DNA from: a virus
Reading direction: 5' to 3' (one strand)
IMG/VR virus record: IMGVR_UViG_3300037322_000275
Coordinates: 1-64,000 of that record
DNA: 64,000 nucleotides
The notes under the pieces were generated by a model, which was not told where the DNA came from, ran no database searches, and saw nothing but the letters and a program-made list of their open reading frames with translations. Shown here piece by piece: positions 29,063 to 39,085 of this stretch (positions are counted from its first letter, which is position 1; every line of letters starts with the position of its first letter). The position numbers were made by a program, and so were the translations under genes.

Positions 29063-32000
29063 TGAGTTGTATAAATTTTAAACATCCTGAGATTTTAAGA
29101 ATGGCGGAGGAACTTAATGTTTCTCCTGCTGTTTTAGGAGCTAAAGTAGGTGTGTGGCAAGAAAAAAATAATGTAGAAGATAGATTTCCTACAAGTGAAG
29201 AAGTGTTAGCTTATAATGAAGTAAACATGTCTTTAAAAGCTGTAGATATATTGTTATCCGATAAAGCTAAACAAGTATTTGATAAAGGCAAAAAATCCAA
29301 TTGGGATTTAAATAAAACATTAACAGAACTTCAAATACCTAAAGATCAAAAACAATTAATATTAGATAGCGGTAAAACGACAATTGATAATATTGTTACA
29401 GATTTATTAGCTAATTATAGCTATACAGTAGAAATAAATACTGCTAAATACTATAATAGGAATAATGAAAATAATTCATCTTTTTCTGTTGAAGAAGATA
29501 TTGGAATGGAAGGTCAATCTTTTGGATGGACAATTGTAAGCAATGGAGAACTTGGCAACGTAAGCGGTTTAACAGATAATTCATTTAAAACCAAAGAAGA
29601 AGCAGAAGCGTATTTAAAATCAACAAAGAAAGAATCGTTGTTAAACACTAAACATTATTCTAATCTTACAGTTCCAGGTGGTACTAACTATACAGAAAAT
29701 GAAATAGCTACACCTGCAATTACTCCTAGTATTAAAGGTCATGCTCGATTTGCTACAGATAATGGTATAGGTTGGTTTAGAAGTGATGATAAAGCACGTA
29801 TTGAAGAAGTAAGAATAGGAAAAGCTTTTGATAAAGGTTATTTAACTGAAGAAGAAAAAGAAGAATACTTTGCGGAAGGTAACAGTCAAAGAGATTTAAA
29901 TGAAATGTTAAAAACACATAAAGGGATTGAAACTTCTAAAGCACAAACAGGTATCACTAAAACAAGACGTATTCTTGAAGTACAATCTGATTTATTTCAA
30001 AAAGGTAGGGATAAAAAAAGTATAGTTAAACCTAAATATAATAATATAGGTGTTAGAGAAGATGAGATTAATCATAATAATAAGACTTATATATTATTAC
30101 CTCAGGGTTATTTTGAAGATTCTGATGATAATTTAGTTATAAGTTCAAAATTAAATGATACTAATTCGTCGGATATCCAATTAGTTAGAGCTAAGGAAAA
30201 TAATTATCTTACTATTGATGATAACTTGTATGAAATATTAGAAAGTAAATCTTTACAAGTTAAAGATAGAAATAATGCAGAAAATGAAATTAAACCTCAA
30301 AACCAATTCTTACAACTTCTAAACAAGGACAATAATTGGGTTAACTTCTTTATAAAATCTATCATACAAAATAGTGCTAAAAAAGGTTATGAAAAAGTGT
30401 TATTTCCTAGTGGTGATACAGCAGCTAAAATAGAAGGACATGAAACTGTACAAGGGTTTATAGATACTAAAGAAGCTAGAATCAGGATTTTAAAAGAATC
30501 TCCATCTATATATTATAGATTTTTAGATAAAGATGGTTTTACTGAAACTCAGTATTTAAATATTAAATATGCAGAAGAATATAAAAAAAATCATAATAAA
30601 AATTGGAAAGTAATTGATTTAACTAAAGAAAATAATATAAAAATAGCTCAATTAGAAAAAGAAATAGAAGATGCTAAAGCAGGTAAACTTAAAATATCCA
30701 GTGTAGCTAAATTTTATGAAGAAACTGTATTTAATGTATTAAAAAAACAAGGGTATAATCCTGTAAGAATTACTGATGAATATGGTAACAGTTGGTATAA
30801 AGTAAATATTGAAAGCAAAAGAGACAACTCTATGATATTTATGAATAGAGCTAAACTCAAGACTCTTGAAGGTTCTAAAGAAAATAAATTAGATTGGACA
30901 GACAGTACAGAACAATTAACAACAGTTAAAGAAGAATTTGTAGATTATAGCAAAGAAAATGCATATGTATTGTTTGCTAATAAACAGGGTAAAATTACAG
31001 CTGACGAAGTTTTGGATAATATCTTAAATAATTTTTCAGATTTTTCTGAAATTGGTTTAGAATTTATTCAGAAAGCTAAAAATTTAATTAGTAAATCTGG
31101 AGTTAAAATTCAGTTTGTTAACGAAAGTGTGTTTAGTGATAAAGACGTAATTATGGACTTTGATGCAAGTAGTAACACAATACGTATCTCTAGAACTAGA
31201 TTGTCTGAATTTGATACACAAACAGTTGTCAGTACTTTTTTACATGAACTTGCACATAGTCAAACAGCTGAAGCATTGTTAAATCCTGTAACTTTTGAAC
31301 AACAAGAATTTAAGTTACTTATTGATAAAATGTTTTTAAAATACAAAACTCAATCTAACAACAGTGGAAGTTATGGTTTTAAAAATACAATGGAATTTGT
31401 TGCTGAACTATACTCTAATCCTGAATTTAGAAAAGAAGTTGAAGCTTTAGATAAAAGTTTTTGGAATAAATTTATTGATGCTGTACGCAGATTATTTGGT
31501 TTTAAAAAGAATAATGAATATACAAAACTAATAAACGAAATTACTGAAAAAGTAGAATCCGATCAATCTGAATTTAAAGGTATTAGAAATCAAGTTATTT
31601 TTGAAAAAAGAACTACCTCTAGAAACAAAGCTCAAACTATTGAAGACAAATTACAAAAGACTTTAAATAAAGCTAAAGACAATTTAGACAATCTTTTAAA
31701 TCAAAGTAAAGCCTACAAACGTAAGAATGAAGAAAAAGGAAAAGCTTTTGAAAAACACATACAGGAATTGATTGATGAAATTGAAAAAGTTAGTTTAATT
31801 GATCAATGGAAAGGTGTTTCTATATATGTAAAATCAATGCTTAATACAATTAATCAATTAAACGATAGATTAGACAAAGAAGATTTTACTAAAGAAAATG
31901 GTTTAGAATTGATAGATTCATTTAGAACATACATGTCTACATACGATTTAGTAGAAGATGTTAAAGATTTAGTTACTAGTTTAACTAATGAAAAAATTGA

Positions 32001-34713
32001 CGAAGTAGGTTTAGAAGAAATCAGTCAGTTAAAAGCAATTTTGAAAGACACTGTTGGTGGACATGCTATTTTAGAAAGTCGTTTTAATTCTAAACTTTCT
32101 GTAATATTAAAAACTACAATAAATAACATCAGATATTTACCTGAAATTGAAGACGATTGGAGAAAAAAGTTAGCTGTTGAATACGCTAAACAAGGTATTA
32201 CAGGTATCAGTAAGACAGAATGGGTTGCTCAACAAATGAATAATGCATACAAAGACGAAATACAAGAAGATCTAGATAACTATGTAGATAACTTGTTAAC
32301 AGGTGTTGGTACAGACATTTCTGCTGCCTCTGCTTTAATTTTAGATGGTATTAATAATAATTCCAGACTTGTTAGTATTGTAATGAATTTTATCACTCAA
32401 GCCAGAAATAAAATTATTGAACAAACTACTGAAGGAGATATTAAAGAAAACAAACTGTTTACTGCATTAACTAATGAAAAAGGAAAAAATGCTTCTACTA
32501 AAAAACTTTATGGAAACATTTATGACCAGGATTCTGCAGGTAACACAACTCTTAAAGGTGAATATTCAATCAAGTTTAAAGAAAAGTTTGATCTCTTAAG
32601 AAATAAAGTAAGTAGTACTTTAGAAGAACGTGGTAGATCGTCTAAAGAATTTAAAGCCGTATTAGTTGAATATCGTAAATGGTTAAAAGAAAATACAGTT
32701 TACAAAAATAAAAAAAGAACACCTGTTGCTAAATGGAAAAATGACCTGTCTAAATTAACTAAAGTTGAAAAAGAAATTTTGGATTACTTTATTGAAACAA
32801 CTAAATTAGTTGATGAACAAACCTATGGCATACAGTCTTTAATTGTAGATGTTAAAGGTGCAACATTTTATACATTACCCGCAGTAACTAAAAGTGATTT
32901 AGAAAGAGTTGTAGACGGTAACGCAAAAGGTTTAATTAAAGATAAGTTAAAAGACATTGGTTCAATTAGACCTGACGATATTGGTTACGATAAAAAGAAT
33001 TTAAACAGTAAAGGTGAAATTGTTAGATATCAAAGAGTTCATTACAGAGGTAAATTATCTTCAGATCAACAGTCTTTAGATTTATTTACAGTTAATCGTT
33101 TAAACCGAGTTAATGGTCTAAATTACAAAGAAAAAAATGCAATTGTATTACAAGTTGAAGCAATTAAGTTAATTGCTAAAAACAAAGAATACTTTCTTAA
33201 AAATCCAGGTGGTAAAAACATACACAATATGTATTCTACTAGAGAAAAGGAAGGAACTCAACGAGGTAATAAATCTAACGAGTTTAAAATGATCGACAAT
33301 ATGATTGAAAAAAATATATACGACATTTTACACATTACTTATGGTAATGTAGGACCTATAGATTTAAATAAGGCAATTAGTATCACTAACGGTTGGGTTG
33401 CATCAGTAGGTCTGTCTTTAAATGCTTTTTCTGCAGGGGCTAACATTTTAAATGGACAAGCTCAGATATTTTTAGAAAGAATTGCAGGTAACCATTTAAC
33501 TAAAGGTTCTGTTACTAAAGCACATAAAATGTATACTTCTGATTTAGGTGGTATAATGAAGGATTTTGGTAATCCAATTAAAACTTCGTTTGTTAATCAA
33601 GTAAATCAAATGTTTGATACTTTTGGTGGGTTTAGTGTAAAGCAACAAGAATTTATCAAAAACACAATTGCTAAAACTGTAATTAATTCAGAAACACTGC
33701 AATTTATGCATGAAGGTGGTGAACACTATCTTCAATCAATAATGGTTATGGCAACACTAGAATCAATTAAGGTAATGGATTCTAACAATAACTACATTGG
33801 CAAAGACGGTAATGTGACAACTAAAGATAAAGCTGCTTCTGTTTTAGATATGTTATCTAAAGATAGTACAGGTTTATTGAAATTAAGTGATAAAGTTGTT
33901 TATTCAGACAGAAATTTAAATTCTAAAATAAATGAAGGTGGTAAAGAGCAATTATTACTCTTTGTAAAAAAGAAACTCTTTGATACGATGGGTAATTATG
34001 ATTCTAATTTACAACCCGAACTTTACAGACACTGGTATGGTAAGTTAGTAATGTTGTTTAGACGTTATTTAATACCACAGTTGGTAACTAGATTTAGAGG
34101 TGTTTCTACAGCTTTTGTTTCTGAAGAAAATTTAGAAGATGGAGATATTCATTTTAATGACGCATTAAGAACAACTGAAGAAGGTTCATACGTTAGTGCT
34201 TTAAGATTTTTAAGACATGGTATATATCCTGCATTAAGAAAGTTAAAATTTGACTTACTCAGTACTAATTGGAATGAACTAGATGATGACAAAAAAGCAG
34301 GAATAAAGAAAACAGTTGTTGAACTAGCATTGACTTCTGCACTTTTACCATTAATAGGTTTATTAGCTGCAGGTGCAGCAGGTGATGACGACGACAAAGA
34401 ATGGTTATTTACAATTGCATTTTTAGCAAGAAGATTAGAATCTGAATTATCACAATTTAGAGATCCTAGAGAAGCAACAAAAATTACTAAATCACCAATT
34501 CCTTCGTTGAGAGTAATAGAACAAACTTTAGATATACTGGATTATTTATTACCTTGGAATATTACGGAAGTAAATGATACTTATCAATCTGGTAAAAATA
34601 AAGGTGAACTCAAAATCAAAGTTAAAGCTATCAAATTAATACCTATAATAAGTAAACTAGAAATAACTTCTGAAGAACTTTATAAAGGTCTTGAATCAAA
34701 GTACGGAAAATAA
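29062..34713 (+). CDS. Giant virion cargo protein with zincin metallopeptidase domain
   Basis: 1883 aa; FLHELAH (31243-31257) plus EFVAE..SNPEF; N-terminal EVQSD domain; hydrophobic C-terminal helices. Confidence 0.8.
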   Translation: MSCINFKHPEILRMAEELNVSPAVLGAKVGVWQEKNNVEDRFPTSEEVLAYNEVNMSLKAVDILLSDKAKQVFDKGKKSNWDLNKTLTELQIPKDQKQLILDSGKTTIDNIVTDLLANYSYTVEINTAKYYNRNNENNSSFSVEEDIGMEGQSFGWTIVSNGELGNVSGLTDNSFKTKEEAEAYLKSTKKESLLNTKHYSNLTVPGGTNYTENEIATPAITPSIKGHARFATDNGIGWFRSDDKARIEEVRIGKAFDKGYLTEEEKEEYFAEGNSQRDLNEMLKTHKGIETSKAQTGITKTRRILEVQSDLFQKGRDKKSIVKPKYNNIGVREDEINHNNKTYILLPQGYFEDSDDNLVISSKLNDTNSSDIQLVRAKENNYLTIDDNLYEILESKSLQVKDRNNAENEIKPQNQFLQLLNKDNNWVNFFIKSIIQNSAKKGYEKVLFPSGDTAAKIEGHETVQGFIDTKEARIRILKESPSIYYRFLDKDGFTETQYLNIKYAEEYKKNHNKNWKVIDLTKENNIKIAQLEKEIEDAKAGKLKISSVAKFYEETVFNVLKKQGYNPVRITDEYGNSWYKVNIESKRDNSMIFMNRAKLKTLEGSKENKLDWTDSTEQLTTVKEEFVDYSKENAYVLFANKQGKITADEVLDNILNNFSDFSEIGLEFIQKAKNLISKSGVKIQFVNESVFSDKDVIMDFDASSNTIRISRTRLSEFDTQTVVSTFLHELAHSQTAEALLNPVTFEQQEFKLLIDKMFLKYKTQSNNSGSYGFKNTMEFVAELYSNPEFRKEVEALDKSFWNKFIDAVRRLFGFKKNNEYTKLINEITEKVESDQSEFKGIRNQVIFEKRTTSRNKAQTIEDKLQKTLNKAKDNLDNLLNQSKAYKRKNEEKGKAFEKHIQELIDEIEKVSLIDQWKGVSIYVKSMLNTINQLNDRLDKEDFTKENGLELIDSFRTYMSTYDLVEDVKDLVTSLTNEKIDEVGLEEISQLKAILKDTVGGHAILESRFNSKLSVILKTTINNIRYLPEIEDDWRKKLAVEYAKQGITGISKTEWVAQQMNNAYKDEIQEDLDNYVDNLLTGVGTDISAASALILDGINNNSRLVSIVMNFITQARNKIIEQTTEGDIKENKLFTALTNEKGKNASTKKLYGNIYDQDSAGNTTLKGEYSIKFKEKFDLLRNKVSSTLEERGRSSKEFKAVLVEYRKWLKENTVYKNKKRTPVAKWKNDLSKLTKVEKEILDYFIETTKLVDEQTYGIQSLIVDVKGATFYTLPAVTKSDLERVVDGNAKGLIKDKLKDIGSIRPDDIGYDKKNLNSKGEIVRYQRVHYRGKLSSDQQSLDLFTVNRLNRVNGLNYKEKNAIVLQVEAIKLIAKNKEYFLKNPGGKNIHNMYSTREKEGTQRGNKSNEFKMIDNMIEKNIYDILHITYGNVGPIDLNKAISITNGWVASVGLSLNAFSAGANILNGQAQIFLERIAGNHLTKGSVTKAHKMYTSDLGGIMKDFGNPIKTSFVNQVNQMFDTFGGFSVKQQEFIKNTIAKTVINSETLQFMHEGGEHYLQSIMVMATLESIKVMDSNNNYIGKDGNVTTKDKAASVLDMLSKDSTGLLKLSDKVVYSDRNLNSKINEGGKEQLLLFVKKKLFDTMGNYDSNLQPELYRHWYGKLVMLFRRYLIPQLVTRFRGVSTAFVSEENLEDGDIHFNDALRTTEEGSYVSALRFLRHGIYPALRKLKFDLLSTNWNELDDDKKAGIKKTVVELALTSALLPLIGLLAAGAAGDDDDKEWLFTIAFLARRLESELSQFRDPREATKITKSPIPSLRVIEQTLDILDYLLPWNITEVNDTYQSGKNKGELKIKVKAIKLIPIISKLEITSEELYKGLESKYGK

Positions 34714-34720
34714 AGGGTCT

Positions 34721-34761
34721 AAAAAAAAGCCACAGTAACCAATTAAGGTCGCTGTGGCTTT
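34721..34761. terminator. Terminator between the convergent genome arms (strongest on minus)
   Basis: aaagccacagtaacc-aattaa-ggtcgctgtggcttt stem; flanking A8 gives U8 on the minus strand. Confidence 0.9.
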
Positions 34762-34772
34762 CTGCATTTAAT

Positions 34773-35858
34773 TTACATAGGTGCTAGCATCTCAGCTTTA
34801 ATTGCTGGATATGATTCATAATCTTTTAATTTAAACATATCTATTCTCAATTCTTTAAAATATTCATCTAGAGTTAAAATTTTCATATTTACAGCATTTG
34901 TTGCTATGTCAAATTCAGGATGAAATTCTAATTTACATTTATTATGTTTATTGACATCTTTATTAAGTTGTTCTTTAATAGCTTCTATATGTGAATCATA
35001 AATATGAACATTAGATAAATCACCAATTAATTCACTAGGAACCATATTAGTTAATTTACCAATTACATTAGCTAATAAACCGTATGATGCAATGTTAAAT
35101 GGTAACCCAAGAAATGTATCAACACTACGCTGATGCCATTTTAAATCAAATGTATACTTAATATCGGTATCTGCTTCTTTTCCCCAATTTCCTGAGTTGT
35201 GAATTCCACTTTTAGAAGAGTTATTAATTTGATATCTTTTTATGTAGTTTAAAGGTCTAGGAATAATCTCAAAAGCCCAATGACAAGGCGGTAAAGCCAT
35301 TTCATCTAATTCAGCAGGATTCCAAGCTGTAACTATATGTCTACGAGACATTGGTTTATCTTTAAGATTCTGAATTAAACTAGATATTTGGTCTAACTTA
35401 ATAGGTAACCATGTTATATTGTTATATAGTATTGGTGCTGACCAACTTTTCCATTGAGCACCATATACGCTGCCTAAATTACCAAATTTTATTTTGTCTA
35501 AATGTTTAACATTATTGTTTTTAATATATTCTATAAATTCTTCTATATTATATACAGGATTATCAGAAGTTTTTAAATACCAATTATAAGCATCTTTATC
35601 CCAAATATGAATATTATTATCTACAAGATATTTAATATTAGTATTACCTTTTAAAAACCAAATTAATTCACCTACAATTCCTTTCCAGTACAATTTTTTA
35701 GTAGTAATAGCTGGAAACCCGTCAGTTTGTAAATTATGCCTAAATTCGTAAGAACTTACTTGTTTGCACATTACATTTCTACTTTCGTCTTTATAATCAT
35801 AACCCTCCTCAAGAATTTTCTCAAGGAGTGTATGATATGTGTAGTCTATTCTAGCCAT
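34773..35858 (-). CDS. thyA: Thymidylate synthase
   Basis: ELIWFLKG, VYGAQW, MALPPCH, QRSVDTFLGLPFNIASY, HIY motifs. Confidence 0.96.
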   Translation of the reverse strand: MARIDYTYHTLLEKILEEGYDYKDESRNVMCKQVSSYEFRHNLQTDGFPAITTKKLYWKGIVGELIWFLKGNTNIKYLVDNNIHIWDKDAYNWYLKTSDNPVYNIEEFIEYIKNNNVKHLDKIKFGNLGSVYGAQWKSWSAPILYNNITWLPIKLDQISSLIQNLKDKPMSRRHIVTAWNPAELDEMALPPCHWAFEIIPRPLNYIKRYQINNSSKSGIHNSGNWGKEADTDIKYTFDLKWHQRSVDTFLGLPFNIASYGLLANVIGKLTNMVPSELIGDLSNVHIYDSHIEAIKEQLNKDVNKHNKCKLEFHPEFDIATNAVNMKILTLDEYFKELRIDMFKLKDYESYPAIKAEMLAPM

Positions 35859-36243
35859 TATCTTTATCTACTTCTAAAAATTTATTGCCTGACCAATATT
35901 CTTGATGTTTTTCTTCTTCACTATAAACTTCAATTTTATCAATAATACTAGCCATTTTTAATATTAAATAAATAACATTATCTCCAAACTTTTCATTTAA
36001 TACTGCTATTGTAGGTAATTTATTTTCAACCAAATCATTAGTTATATCGGCAATAGATATTTCATGTTTTAATAGAAAACCATCTAATACTTTTTCTCTA
36101 ATTAATCCACTACGTTGTGAACCAATATCAAAATTATGAAAAGGATTATTGTTTCTACGGTATTCTTTACCTTTTACAACTAAAGTTTCTCTAATCCCAT
36201 TTAAAAAGATATCAATTACTTCTTCAAATCTGTTTTCTGTCAT
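35851..36243 (-). CDS. All-alpha NTP-pyrophosphatase-like / DUF1599-like protein
   Basis: KGKEY....PFHNF and EKFGD..IYL pattern; adjacent to thyA. Confidence 0.55.
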   Translation of the reverse strand: MTENRFEEVIDIFLNGIRETLVVKGKEYRRNNNPFHNFDIGSQRSGLIREKVLDGFLLKHEISIADITNDLVENKLPTIAVLNEKFGDNVIYLILKMASIIDKIEVYSEEEKHQEYWSGNKFLEVDKDNG

Positions 36244-36389
36244 TTTATTGTTTTTAAAATATCACACTTTCTGTAAGTAGTTATGTCAAATGTAACCCCA
36301 GATTGTGAATTATTACATCTTGTTTTATGAATTAACTTTCCATTTCTGTAAATGTAAGACTCGTTATCTATTATTTTAGACCACATCAT
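36240..36389 (-). CDS. Small 49-aa hypothetical protein (not in ORF track)
   Basis: MMWSKIIDNESYIYRNGKLIHK...; fills the gap and is ATGA-coupled to the next gene. Confidence 0.6.
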   Translation of the reverse strand: MMWSKIIDNESYIYRNGKLIHKTRCNNSQSGVTFDITTYRKCDILKTIK

Positions 36390-37068
36390 AATCAATAATA
36401 TTACCATTACTAGTTAACTGATTAAGTTTACCGTGTGTAATGACAGAACCATTGCTATATAAGATGTTGTGTTCTGCTAATTTCAAAATTCCTGCATTTA
36501 CAATATCTTCACTACTGTGAATGTGTCCAAATAAACACATTTTTGGTTGAACTCTTATTACATTGTTTTTTAGGGCTCTGTCACCATTTTGATCTAACCT
36601 GTGTGTTTTATCATAAGAAAGATCTAATATTCCTTTAGGTGGTCCGTGAACAACTAATATGTCTGTTTCAACAGGTATTTGTTTCCAGATATTATCCATC
36701 TTAAATCTACTTTTTTGAAAGTGCCAGTCACCATAACTTGGTGTATATGGAGAACCATAAAAGTTGATACCCTCAATCTGAAGAAATTCATCTTGAAGAT
36801 ATATAATGTTTTCTGTTTGACAAATTGTTCTAAAATCTTCTGTATATCTTGAAACATATGTATCATGATTTCCTGCTACTAATATTTTTGTTGGAATTGG
36901 TAAGCCTGAATACCATCTTATAAAAGAAGCGGTTTCAGTTTCATTTCTATACAGATCTTTATAGTTAGTAAAATCACCTGAATGAATGACAATGTCTATG
37001 TTTTCAGGAATAACCAACAGATCGTGATATCCATGTGTATCACTAATGTGCCATATTTTCTTAATCAT
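36376..37068 (-). CDS. Calcineurin-like metallophosphoesterase
   Basis: SDTHG, HSGD, AGNHD, HGPP and FGHIH motifs. Confidence 0.93.
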   Translation of the reverse strand: MIKKIWHISDTHGYHDLLVIPENIDIVIHSGDFTNYKDLYRNETETASFIRWYSGLPIPTKILVAGNHDTYVSRYTEDFRTICQTENIIYLQDEFLQIEGINFYGSPYTPSYGDWHFQKSRFKMDNIWKQIPVETDILVVHGPPKGILDLSYDKTHRLDQNGDRALKNNVIRVQPKMCLFGHIHSSEDIVNAGILKLAEHNILYSNGSVITHGKLNQLTSNGNIIDYDVV

Positions 37069-37349
37069 ATTTTTCCAGGATATTCTTTGTTTTTTAAATA
37101 AGTTTTAAATTTATTTATTTTAAAAACAACACGTTCTTTAATTGATTTTTTGTTAAAAAGTTTTTCAAGAATTTTTATTCTTATTTTAACATCTCCAATT
37201 TCATCAATAATTTCTTTAATTTCTACTCTATCAGGTTTGTTGATATATTGTGTTAGAACTAATGATAATTCTTGAAGTTCTTCAGAAGCTTTCAAGAGAT
37301 TATAATTATAATCATTTGATTTAGCTAATTTTTTTATTGTTTTATTCAT
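37065..37349 (-). CDS. MazG-like nucleotide pyrophosphohydrolase
   Basis: KASEELQEL...DEIGDV; start moved to MNKTIKK. Confidence 0.75.
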   Translation of the reverse strand: MNKTIKKLAKSNDYNYNLLKASEELQELSLVLTQYINKPDRVEIKEIIDEIGDVKIRIKILEKLFNKKSIKERVVFKINKFKTYLKNKEYPGKI

Positions 37350-38577
37350 CACTTTCTGTGTTTTTTGTGTATTTGACAATACAATCTTTTAAGTCAATAC
37401 AATCTATAATGTTATATTCATTAAAGTTTTCAATAGCTTTATTCAACCATTTTTCTTCTTGAGTATTTTTTGTTTTAAATATAAAAACACTACCTACTTT
37501 ATCTCCGTTTAATCTTGCTCGTCCTAGCATTTGAATAAATTTACCCTCTACACTGTAATAAGAATGTAAGATAACGTTGTCTAAATCGCTTAAATTTGCT
37601 CCCTGCTGTAACTTCTTAAAGCTACCAATAACTTTTATTTTGTTCTTGTCAAAGTTGCTTCTAATGAGCTCGTTTGCGTCTTTACTATTTCTAGATGAAA
37701 CAGTATTTTTAGTTATTTTTAACAGTGAATCAATACTATTAGCAAAAACAATAGACTTGCCATTAATTACATTTAATAATAATTTAACAGCTTTATTTTT
37801 AGATTCTAGAGTGTATAAAAGACTTTTTCTTTTGTTTGAAGATACCAATATTTTTAGGTTTTTTATTTTTTCAAACTCAAAAAAATCTTCATTTTCCTTT
37901 GGTTCTGAAAAAAGCAATCTTTTGAATTGATTGTCCCAATATTCGTAAGCTTTTTCTTCTGTCTGTAAAAAAGGTTTAAATTTACTCCCTGCTTTAACTG
38001 TTTTTTCAACTTTTTCAAGTTCGTGATTAACGATGTAAAGATTAAGTTTCCTACTTGTGTTATTTATTTGTCCTTGATTTACCGTGTATACAAAACAAGT
38101 TGGTGCAAAAGCATCTAAAAGATTACCTTTAGTTACTACTTTGTCATCGATTGTATACTCAATATCTCTATTAATTGTTGCAGACAATCCTAAAATAGCA
38201 TCGTATGTATTGTTTAAATAAAATTGAGAATACACAGGAGTTAAGGAATCGTGAATTTCATCTGCAATAACTAAACCAAAGGATTTATCTTTCCATTTAC
38301 AAACAGTTTGATAACATTGAAATTGTAAGTGATAATCTTGTAAAACATTTCTGTCAAACATTTCGTTGTATTTAACAATATCTTTAATTAAGTCTGTTTG
38401 ACGGTCTACTTGTTCTGCTAAAAATAAGTGTGTTTTACCATCATTTTTAGGCATTGTGTATAATGCATGCAAACTACAAAAAGTTTTACCTAATCCTGTA
38501 ATTAAGTTTAGTGTTCCTTTTTTGTCAGATTCTAACCATTTTTCAACAGCTTTTTCTTGAATTTCATCTCTTGTCAT
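37342..38577 (-). CDS. Superfamily II (DEAH-like) helicase
   Basis: TGLGKT, IADEIH, GLSAT, QMLGRARL; start moved to MTRDEIQ. Confidence 0.9.
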   Translation of the reverse strand: MTRDEIQEKAVEKWLESDKKGTLNLITGLGKTFCSLHALYTMPKNDGKTHLFLAEQVDRQTDLIKDIVKYNEMFDRNVLQDYHLQFQCYQTVCKWKDKSFGLVIADEIHDSLTPVYSQFYLNNTYDAILGLSATINRDIEYTIDDKVVTKGNLLDAFAPTCFVYTVNQGQINNTSRKLNLYIVNHELEKVEKTVKAGSKFKPFLQTEEKAYEYWDNQFKRLLFSEPKENEDFFEFEKIKNLKILVSSNKRKSLLYTLESKNKAVKLLLNVINGKSIVFANSIDSLLKITKNTVSSRNSKDANELIRSNFDKNKIKVIGSFKKLQQGANLSDLDNVILHSYYSVEGKFIQMLGRARLNGDKVGSVFIFKTKNTQEEKWLNKAIENFNEYNIIDCIDLKDCIVKYTKNTESDE

Positions 38578-38584
38578 ATTTTTA

Positions 38585-38768
38585 AATAAAAACAATAGCT
38601 CGGGTACTTTCAAGCATCAATACCCGATATAATAAGCTACACTACTGTTTATTAAAAAAGACACCTACAGCTTCACTATACATTTCACCGCAATTACAAA
38701 TCGCAGTATAGTATTTTGGGTCTTTTAAGGTTTCTGAGTGTCTTTAATTTTGTGCTACTGTAAACCTT
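38585..38768 (-). ncRNA. Candidate structured intergenic RNA (two multi-stem hairpins)
   Basis: tcgggta/tacccga, tagct/agcta, aaagacac/gtgtcttt, actatac/gtatagt, aaggttt/aaacctt; G-U pairs fit the minus strand. Confidence 0.45.
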
Positions 38769-38785
38769 TTTTCACACTTTGTCTA

Positions 38786-39007
38786 TTACTTTTTTTTAAT
38801 TCTAGCTTGAGCTTCTTTAAGACCTCTACTAAAAGAATCAGACGCGTTTTGATCTTTATTTGCGTCTTTCATTAACTTTTGAGACATTTCAAAATCTTTA
38901 CTTTGATAAGCTGCTTGCTGTTTACTTGAAGCTTCATAGGCGAGAGAATCTCTTTTTTTTTCAGCTTCTTCTCTAGTAAAAAGTTTTTTCTTTTTTGGTT
39001 GTTCCAT
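38786..39007 (-). CDS. Small charged hypothetical protein
   Basis: 73-aa helical ORF with an AT-rich leader. Confidence 0.6.
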   Translation of the reverse strand: MEQPKKKKLFTREEAEKKRDSLAYEASSKQQAAYQSKDFEMSQKLMKDANKDQNASDSFSRGLKEAQARIKKK

Positions 39008-39085
39008 ATATATAATTATTAATTAATATTTAACATTGCAAGAGTGTAAATCCAGCATTTTTTTCCTAAATAACTGTAAGTTATA

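Noticed and set aside
38585-38768. Cobalamin riboswitch, hammerhead or group II intron remnant
   Set aside because: No B12 box, CUGAnGA core or domain V consensus found by eye, and it lies downstream of nrdJ
39039-39068. Sixth TAGGA-type promoter before the 73-aa gene
   Set aside because: TAGGA is present, but the -7 element (CACTCTTG) and the spacing fit poorly
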